Assembly: GCF_051201565.1 (NCBI RefSeq) | Contig: NZ_CP179200.1 | Location: forward strand, 1,620,001 to 1,652,000 | Direction: 5' to 3' | Source of the DNA: Pseudothioglobus sp. nBUS_23 | GTDB taxonomy: Bacteria > Pseudomonadota > Gammaproteobacteria > PS1 > Pseudothioglobaceae | DNA: 32,000 bases | In this document: in pieces, positions 26,533 to 32,000 of the stretch | Numbering within the stretch: position 1 is the stretch's first letter | Layout: each line of letters starts with the position of its first letter | Position numbers and translations under genes: made by a program | The notes under the pieces: model-generated | Seen by the model: only the letters and a program-made list of their open reading frames with translations | Database searches by the model: none | Told to the model about the DNA's origin: nothing

Positions 26533-26572
26533 AATATTAAAAAGCCTAGTTAAGCTAGGTTTTTTAATATTT
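26532..26572. terminator. Bidirectional intrinsic terminator shared by rpoD/tRNA (+) and the S51 peptidase gene (-)
   Basis: 18-bp inverted repeat with one G-T pair and a 5-nt loop: AAATATTAAAAAGCCTAG-TTAAG-CTAGGTTTTTTAATATTT. The GC core (GCCTAG/CTAGGT, including the G-T pair) is flanked by an A-tract on the left and a T-tract on the right, so it works on both strands. Confidence 0.7.
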
Positions 26573-26591
26573 GAAGCTTTATTTAAAGGGC

Positions 26592-27287
26592 TCAAAGGTA
26601 GTTTGGCTCAATTATTGATTCATTAATAACACCGTTATTATTACTCACGTAATATGCTTTAGCATTGGGTAAAGATGAAACACAACATTCGAGCTCACCA
26701 TCAACAAAATGAGCTGCAACACCATCATCACATGCAATGCCTTTCATCATTGAGCCATTTAATATAGCCTTATGATACTCAGGCCTGCGTTGTGGTTCGC
26801 TATCAAAGTGTGGGCAATTACTGTTCGGTAAAAAGCCTAGACAATCCAGTGGCAATAGTTTTCCAGTCACGGAGTCAGTCAGCCCTTTTTCAAACCAGCA
26901 TATTGAGCCGGCACTCAGACCTGCCATGATAGCTCCGTTATTCCAAGCTTCAAGTAAATATTGATCAAGACTCCACTCTTTCCAAAGAACCATAAGGTTG
27001 CGAGTATTACCTCCACCCACATAAAAGATATCTTTATCTAAAACAAACTCTCTCAAATCTCCCTCTGGAGGCCAAAACAGTGAAAGATGACTAGTCTCAC
27101 AGTTTAATTTTTTGTATGATGAATAAAATCGTCTTCTATAGCTTTCATCATCTCCACTCGCAGTAGGTATAAAGCAAACTTTTGGGTTTTTTTTATTGCT
27201 AAGAGATAACAGATACTTATCTAACTTTAGATTTTCAGGTTTTGAGGTAAAGCCTCCACCACCCATAGCTAAAACTTGTTTATTCAT
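26592..27287 (-). CDS. Peptidase S51 family (dipeptidase E / cyanophycinase-like, type-1 glutamine-amidotransferase fold)
   Basis: 231 aa with VCFIPTASGDD, FYVGGGNTRNL, the nucleophile-elbow context MAGLSAGSICWF and the histidine context NCPHFD. Confidence 0.78.
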   Translation of the reverse strand: MNKQVLAMGGGGFTSKPENLKLDKYLLSLSNKKNPKVCFIPTASGDDESYRRRFYSSYKKLNCETSHLSLFWPPEGDLREFVLDKDIFYVGGGNTRNLMVLWKEWSLDQYLLEAWNNGAIMAGLSAGSICWFEKGLTDSVTGKLLPLDCLGFLPNSNCPHFDSEPQRRPEYHKAILNGSMMKGIACDDGVAAHFVDGELECCVSSLPNAKAYYVSNNNGVINESIIEPNYL

Positions 27288-27364
27288 TTTTATTGTAAAA
27301 ATATGTTGAAGAAAAATAAATTTTACTTAAGATTCAGGTCAACAAAAAATAATTATGTACTCAA

Positions 27365-27373
27365 TGATATAAT
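27365..27373 (+). promoter_or_regulatory. Extended -10 promoter element (TGaTATAAT) directly upstream of cysQ
   Basis: Exact TGnTATAAT. The last T is 7 nt before the A of the cysQ ATG, and no Shine-Dalgarno sequence lies between them. Confidence 0.4.
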
Positions 27374-27379
27374 GTTTTA

Positions 27380-28135
27380 ATGAATAAAGCATTAATTTCC
27401 CAGCTTCTAAATATAAGTTCTCAAGCGGGTGAAATAATCATGGATATTCGCAAAAATTCTACTGAATTTTCAGTTAAAGATGACAATACACCAATCACTG
27501 AAGCTGATAAAGCTTCACACGAATTTTTATTAAATGCCCTATCAAAATTAACGCCAAATATTCCAATTCTCTCAGAGGAGTCATCGCATATTCCGTTTTC
27601 TGTCAGAACATCATGGAAAGAATACTGGTTGATTGACCCATTAGATGGCACTAGAGACTTTATAGATGGCTCTCCCGACTTTTGTATCAGTATTGCTTTG
27701 ATTAAAAACAACTATCCGACTTTTGGATTGATTTATTCGCCCTTTAATCAAGTCCATTACTACCGGCTAGATAACCAGCCTTCAATCAAGGTTGAAAATA
27801 GAAAATCATTTAAGATACTGACATCAAAACCTAAGAGATGGAAAAAAATAGTTGTAGGCAGATATTCAATCAATAATAAAGGACTCAAAGAACATTTAAA
27901 ACTAAAAACTAATTTTGAAACATTTAAACTTGGGAGTGCTCTCAAGTTTTGCCTAATTGCTGAGGGAATTTACCATTATTATCCCAAATTTGGACGTTGC
28001 TCTGAGTGGGATACAGCAGCAGGTATATGCATACTCGAAGGTGCAGGAGGGTCAGTAGTTAATCTAGATAATAAAGCCTTAAAGTTCAACCTAACTGAGG
28101 ATATTATTAGTCCATCATTTATAGCAACTGCCTAG
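27380..28135 (+). CDS. cysQ: 3'(2'),5'-bisphosphate nucleotidase
   Basis: 251 aa inositol-monophosphatase fold with TEADKASHEFL, ILSEES, WLIDPLDGTRDF and SEWDTAAG. The N-terminus is collinear with E. coli CysQ. Confidence 0.85.
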   Translation: MNKALISQLLNISSQAGEIIMDIRKNSTEFSVKDDNTPITEADKASHEFLLNALSKLTPNIPILSEESSHIPFSVRTSWKEYWLIDPLDGTRDFIDGSPDFCISIALIKNNYPTFGLIYSPFNQVHYYRLDNQPSIKVENRKSFKILTSKPKRWKKIVVGRYSINNKGLKEHLKLKTNFETFKLGSALKFCLIAEGIYHYYPKFGRCSEWDTAAGICILEGAGGSVVNLDNKALKFNLTEDIISPSFIATA

Positions 28136-28956
28136 TCTGAAAACCTTAAAGAAAGGTCAATCGATCTAATATCTTTTGTAAGAGATCCAATAGAGATAAA
28201 GTCAACGCCAGTTTCAGCGTATTGAATTATATTATCTTCATTAATCCCACCAGAAGCCTCGATTGGATAGACTCCACTTGAAATTTGGACAGCCTCTATT
28301 AGATCAGGAATAGAAAAATTATCACACAATATACGCGTGATATTCGTCATCGAAAGAACAGATTTAAGCTCATCAAGAGATTCAACCTCAACAATTATTG
28401 GTATTTTAGGAAAATTAATTACAGCGTCTTTTATTGAATCCTCTAGTGAGCCAATTGTTAAGATATGATTCTCTTTTAGCATTATGCAATCATAAAGGCC
28501 CATTCTATGATTGACCCCGCCGCCGCACTTTACAGCATATTTTTGAGCCTTTCTAAGACCTGGTATTGTTTTTCTTGTGTCAAGTAATTTTGCTTTTGTT
28601 CCAGAGATTAACCCAACTAACTCAGCAGTTTTAGTTGATGTAGCACTTAATATTTGTAAGAAATTGAGAGCGACTCTCTCGGCAGTAACTATAGTTTTTG
28701 CAAGCCCATAAATTCTACATATTATTTGACCAGGAATAACATTAGAGCCATCCTCAACATTCCAAGTAATTTGAATTTTGGGGTCGATTGACAGAAAACA
28801 TAGATTGGCAAAGTCAATACCACATATGACTGCATTCTCTCTGCATACAATCTCAGCTACAATCATTTTATTTTCAAGCAAAGTCGAAGTTAAATCTCCA
28901 CCTCCAATGTCTTCCAAGATAGCTAATTGAACTATTTTTTTGATATCATTTTTCAT
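28132..28956 (-). CDS. nadC: Nicotinate-nucleotide pyrophosphorylase (carboxylating) / quinolinate phosphoribosyltransferase
   Basis: 274 aa with LEDIGGGDLTS, LLDTRKT.PGLR, KYAVKCGGG.NHR and LKENH. Confidence 0.93.
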   Translation of the reverse strand: MKNDIKKIVQLAILEDIGGGDLTSTLLENKMIVAEIVCRENAVICGIDFANLCFLSIDPKIQITWNVEDGSNVIPGQIICRIYGLAKTIVTAERVALNFLQILSATSTKTAELVGLISGTKAKLLDTRKTIPGLRKAQKYAVKCGGGVNHRMGLYDCIMLKENHILTIGSLEDSIKDAVINFPKIPIIVEVESLDELKSVLSMTNITRILCDNFSIPDLIEAVQISSGVYPIEASGGINEDNIIQYAETGVDFISIGSLTKDIRSIDLSLRFSD

Positions 28957-30034
28957 TTACAAAGTCAATAATTGCATCAACTGATTTAGTGCTAGATTGG
29001 AGTTTCAATAATTTATGAATCCTTCCTAATTCTCTAATAAGTTTGGTATTGTCTGATTCTAATAACTTCATAGCATGATCAGAGATATTCTTTCCATTAG
29101 CATTCTCTTGAATTAATTCTGGAACAATATTACTTCCTAAAATTTTATTTGGAAGAGATACTTCACTCGTATGAAGCAAACGGCTCGCGATCTGATAACT
29201 GATATATGACAGTTTGTAAACAACAACCATGGGTACGGCCAACAAGCCAACCTCCAGAGCGGCAGTTCCTGATGCAACAATAACTAAATCTGAGTTACTA
29301 ATTTTTGCATGTGCATCACCAACACTAACCCCTATTTCTATCCCATCAATACTTTTAGTAACCCAGTCTAATTGCTGATTGTTTGCAAGGGATATATTAA
29401 AGATCAGATCTGGATTTTCATCTTTCATTAATTTGGCTGCTTTTAAAAGCTCTGGCAATAAAGACTTAATTTCTGATTCTCTAGAACCAGGCATCAATAG
29501 AACATTATTGTTAGACTGATAATCTTTTCTTGGCTTTAAAGTTTCAGCAAGTGGATGCCCTACAAAGATTGCTTTTTGATTATGCATTCTGTAGAAATCA
29601 ACTTCAAAAGGAAATAGACATAGAATTAAATCTGTTGATTGCTTAATTTTTTTAATTCTATTAGAGCGCCAAGCCCATATTGATGGGCTAATTAAATGAA
29701 TTGTTTTTATACCGTTTTTCTTAAGGATTCGCTCTAACTTAAAATTAAAATCAGGTGAATCAACGCCGATAAAAACATCAGGCTTGTTTGCAAGATAGTG
29801 CTTAGAAATTCGCTTTCTGAGTTTTAAGATAGATGGCAATTTTCTCAAAACTTCACTCAGGCCCATTACATTGACTTCATTCATATGCCATAATCTATGG
29901 CAACCTGCTTTGATCATCTTATCCCCAGCTAAACCATCAATCATGCAATTTGGCTCATTAAGCTTTAAAGCAACCACTAGTGATGAAGCAATCAAATCAC
30001 CTGAAGTTTCTGCAGCGCTGAGGGCAATCTTCAT
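28946..30034 (-). CDS. lpxB: Lipid-A-disaccharide synthase
   Basis: 362 aa with the N-terminal IALSAAETSGDLIAS, VDSPDFNF, LLMPGSRESEI and ASGTAALE motifs of LpxB. Its stop overlaps the nadC start by 11 nt. Confidence 0.93.
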   Translation of the reverse strand: MKIALSAAETSGDLIASSLVVALKLNEPNCMIDGLAGDKMIKAGCHRLWHMNEVNVMGLSEVLRKLPSILKLRKRISKHYLANKPDVFIGVDSPDFNFKLERILKKNGIKTIHLISPSIWAWRSNRIKKIKQSTDLILCLFPFEVDFYRMHNQKAIFVGHPLAETLKPRKDYQSNNNVLLMPGSRESEIKSLLPELLKAAKLMKDENPDLIFNISLANNQQLDWVTKSIDGIEIGVSVGDAHAKISNSDLVIVASGTAALEVGLLAVPMVVVYKLSYISYQIASRLLHTSEVSLPNKILGSNIVPELIQENANGKNISDHAMKLLESDNTKLIRELGRIHKLLKLQSSTKSVDAIIDFVNEK

Positions 30035-30085
30035 TTCAATTCATTAATGCAAGGGCATATTTATCTTTGTTACACTCTTAAAATA

Positions 30086-30385
30086 TTAAGATCTAGGTAA
30101 GATAATATCAGGGTTATCATCAAAAGGCCTGTAAATAACAAGAACCCCGCCGATAACTTGAACTAATTGTGAGTGAGAAAATTCCATAATTCGCTCAATG
30201 ATGTTTTGTTTCACATCACGATCATCCACTCTTAACTTAATCTTTATTAGCTCATGCTTTTGCAATGTAGAGTCAATTTCTGCCAATACTGAATCACTTA
30301 AGCCATTTTGACCAACCATCACAAAAGGCTTCAAATCATGAGCAATTGATCTTAAATATTTTTTTTGATTATTAGTCAATTTCAT
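30086..30385 (-). CDS. yhbY: Ribosome assembly RNA-binding protein YhbY (CRM domain)
   Basis: About 99 aa from MKLTNNQKKYLRSIAHDLKPFVMVGQNGLS, a typical YhbY N-terminus. I chose the ATG at 30385. The longer track ORF (to 30460) would run 89 nt into lysA. Confidence 0.85.
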   Translation of the reverse strand: MKLTNNQKKYLRSIAHDLKPFVMVGQNGLSDSVLAEIDSTLQKHELIKIKLRVDDRDVKQNIIERIMEFSHSQLVQVIGGVLVIYRPFDDNPDIILPRS

Positions 30386-31625
30386 CTTCAAATAAACTCT
30401 CATTCTCATAAAGGGAATCAATTGTTTCTCTTTTTCTAATCGTGCTATGTTTATTGCCACTAACCATTATCTCCGGAACCCTTGGCCTAGAATTATAGTT
30501 AGAGCTTAGGACAAATCCATATGCGCCAGCTGTCATGATAGCAATATAATCTCCTTTTTCTAAAGTAAGATTTCTATCTTTCGCTAAGAAATCTGTAGAC
30601 TCACAAACAGGGCCAACAATGTCCCAAGTATCATTAATACCCTTCGAGTTATCGTCAATCAAGACAGCTTGATGATAGGACTGATACAATGAAGGCCTAA
30701 TTAAATCATTCATAGCACCATCAACAATTGCAAACGACTTTAGATTATTTTGCTTTAAGTATTCTACTTTTGTTACAAATATTCCTGCATTGCCAACAAT
30801 TGAACGTCCAGGCTCAACTAATATCTTGATCTGATCAACTCTATTAGTAACAGAATTCAAATAGTCCTCAATATTGATTGTTTCCTCTTGGTCATAGCTA
30901 ACTCCAATACCTCCACCAATATCAAGATGGTCGATCAAAATGTTTTCAGTTTTTAGCTTTTCAACAAGCTCTAATGCTCGATCTAGCGCCTCTATAAAAG
31001 GAGACACATCAGTTATTTGTGAACCTATATGATAATCAAGCCCACAAACTTTTAAATTTTCTGATAAAGCTGCTTTTTTAAACATTGAGAAGGCAATATC
31101 AGCGCCAACGCCAAACTTATTTTCTGCTAGGCCTGTTGAAATATAAGGATGAGTATTTGCATCTACATTCGGATTTACCCGAATCGAAATAGGTGCAGTC
31201 ATATTCAATGATGAAGCCACTGAATCAATGCAATCTAGCTCTCCTTCAGACTCGACATTAAAGCAATAGATGCCATATTCAAGAGCTTTTTGTATTGAGT
31301 ATTCATTTTTAGCAACTCCCGAATAAACGCATTTGCTTGGATTTCCTCCTGCAGCAATTACCCTTTCAAGTTCTCCAAGTGATACGATGTCAAAGCCAGA
31401 ACCGAGTTTTGCTAGAGTATTTAAGACTGCAATATTAGAGTTCGCCTTGACCGCATAACAAATTAAATGCGGATGATCTCCAAAAGATTTTTTGAATAGA
31501 TTCCAATTGAACTCTATTTGACTTTTTGAATAAATATAAAGCGGCGAACCATAAGATTTAATTAAGTCTTTAACAAGTAAAGACTCAGCATAAAGACAAT
31601 TATTTTGAAAATTGAATGCGTTCAA
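30372..31625 (-). CDS. lysA: Diaminopimelate decarboxylase
   Basis: 417 aa with the PLP-lysine context CYAVKANSN, HIGSQ, DIGGGIGV, EPGRS and VCESTDFL. Confidence 0.95.
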   Translation of the reverse strand: MNAFNFQNNCLYAESLLVKDLIKSYGSPLYIYSKSQIEFNWNLFKKSFGDHPHLICYAVKANSNIAVLNTLAKLGSGFDIVSLGELERVIAAGGNPSKCVYSGVAKNEYSIQKALEYGIYCFNVESEGELDCIDSVASSLNMTAPISIRVNPNVDANTHPYISTGLAENKFGVGADIAFSMFKKAALSENLKVCGLDYHIGSQITDVSPFIEALDRALELVEKLKTENILIDHLDIGGGIGVSYDQEETINIEDYLNSVTNRVDQIKILVEPGRSIVGNAGIFVTKVEYLKQNNLKSFAIVDGAMNDLIRPSLYQSYHQAVLIDDNSKGINDTWDIVGPVCESTDFLAKDRNLTLEKGDYIAIMTAGAYGFVLSSNYNSRPRVPEIMVSGNKHSTIRKRETIDSLYENESLFEDEID

Positions 31626-31637
31626 TTGTTTATTCTA

Positions 31638-31769
31638 TTAGCTACTAGTAGATGCTTCAATTGAACCAGCTTGTGACTCATCGATTGGAACCAAATCGCC
31701 CATTCGGCCACACGCAGCTAGAGTAATAACAAGCGAAACAAGTAAAAAAAGTTTAATTTGGTTTCTCAT
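31638..31769 (-). CDS. lptM: Small LptM/YifL-like lipoprotein (43 aa), absent from the supplied ORF track
   Basis: My manual translation gives MRNQIKLFLLVSLVITLAACGRMGDLVPIDESQAGSIEASTSS. It has a signal peptide plus a lipobox (TLAAC) followed by G-R/K-x-G-x-L..P, as in the LPAM/YifL family. It sits immediately upstream of lysA (12-nt gap), a position I recall for this lipoprotein in other gammaproteobacteria. Confidence 0.6.
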   Translation of the reverse strand: MRNQIKLFLLVSLVITLAACGRMGDLVPIDESQAGSIEASTSS

Positions 31770-31801
31770 GGCGTCACCATCACTTTATCAAAGGTATCAT
31801 T

Positions 31802-32000
31802 TTACACAAAGGCTTTAAGCTGTTGTATAAACAAATCTCTAGGCATATTAAAAGCACCTAGACTTTCAAGATGCTTATTTTCCACCTGACAGTCTATCAA
31901 TTTATAATCACTATTTTGGAGAAGGTAAGCAAAGGCAACTTTTGAAGCATTGCTAACGAGTGAAAACATTGACTCTCCAAAAAAAACACCTCCTAACGCA
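31802..32000 (-). CDS. aat: Leucyl/phenylalanyl-tRNA-protein transferase, C-terminal 65 aa; the N-terminal part lies outside the window
   Basis: My manual translation of the minus strand gives ...[65 protein letters not shown]. The GESMFS...ASK...LIDCQ...HL.SLGA pattern is the Aat signature. Confidence 0.85.
   Translation of the reverse strand, partial: ALGGVFFGESMFSLVSNASKVAFAYLLQNSDYKLIDCQVENKHLESLGAFNMPRDLFIQQLKAFV

Noticed and set aside
30386-30460. 25-codon upstream extension of yhbY
   Set aside because: It would overlap the lysA 3' end by 89 nt. The YhbY family N-terminus (KLTxxQKKYLR) starts at the ATG at 30385.
1-32000. Scan for CRISPR arrays, IS elements or inverted terminal repeats, integrases next to the two tRNAs, toxin-antitoxin pairs, restriction-modification or other defence genes, and long direct repeats
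   Set aside because: I recognised none by eye. Every ORF of 60 aa or more outside the shadow frames has a housekeeping, metabolic or transporter assignment. The tRNA flanks carry no integrase or att-like duplication that I could see. A computational repeat search would be needed to exclude short dispersed repeats.

Overview
This window looks like a tightly packed, low-GC core-genome segment of a gammaproteobacterium. The taxon call rests on gene-order signatures: accA-tilS, ispE-tRNA-Gln-prs, rpoD followed by a CAU-anticodon tRNA, and lptM-lysA. It reads like a streamlined marine-type genome, but I cannot name the organism from sequence alone. I call 34 protein genes (two cut by the window edges), 2 tRNAs and one clear bidirectional terminator. 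I see no rRNA, CRISPR array, transposase, integrase, phage gene, toxin-antitoxin pair or recognisable defence gene. Most genes are ordinary housekeeping: accA, tilS, ybeY, priA, bioA, gph, proC, rsmE, pepP, trpD, orn, ispE, prs, rpoD, cysQ, nadC, lpxB, yhbY, lysA and aat. I do not see convincing evidence for a dramatic new system. Two modules are worth follow-up. (1) An OxyR-like regulator lacks the second redox cysteine and sits divergent from a three-gene operon. That operon encodes a rubredoxin-less rubrerythrin, a 2x[4Fe-4S]/CCG iron-sulfur protein and a DUF3501-like protein. A perfect 9-3-9 palindrome lies about 65 bp upstream of the predicted rubrerythrin transcription start. This could be an uncharacterised peroxide-reducing electron-transfer module. 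(2) An mmsA - non-pyrrolysine MttB-family methyltransferase - DMGDH-family flavoenzyme - DUF1289 cluster has no corrinoid protein in view. It is followed by a LysE-EamA-LysE exporter trio. Smaller curiosities: ispE terminates inside tRNA-Gln, cysQ may be leaderless, a 43-aa LptM-like lipoprotein is missing from the ORF track, and several convergent genes overlap at their stop codons. All functional calls come from motif and family recognition by eye; no searches were run.
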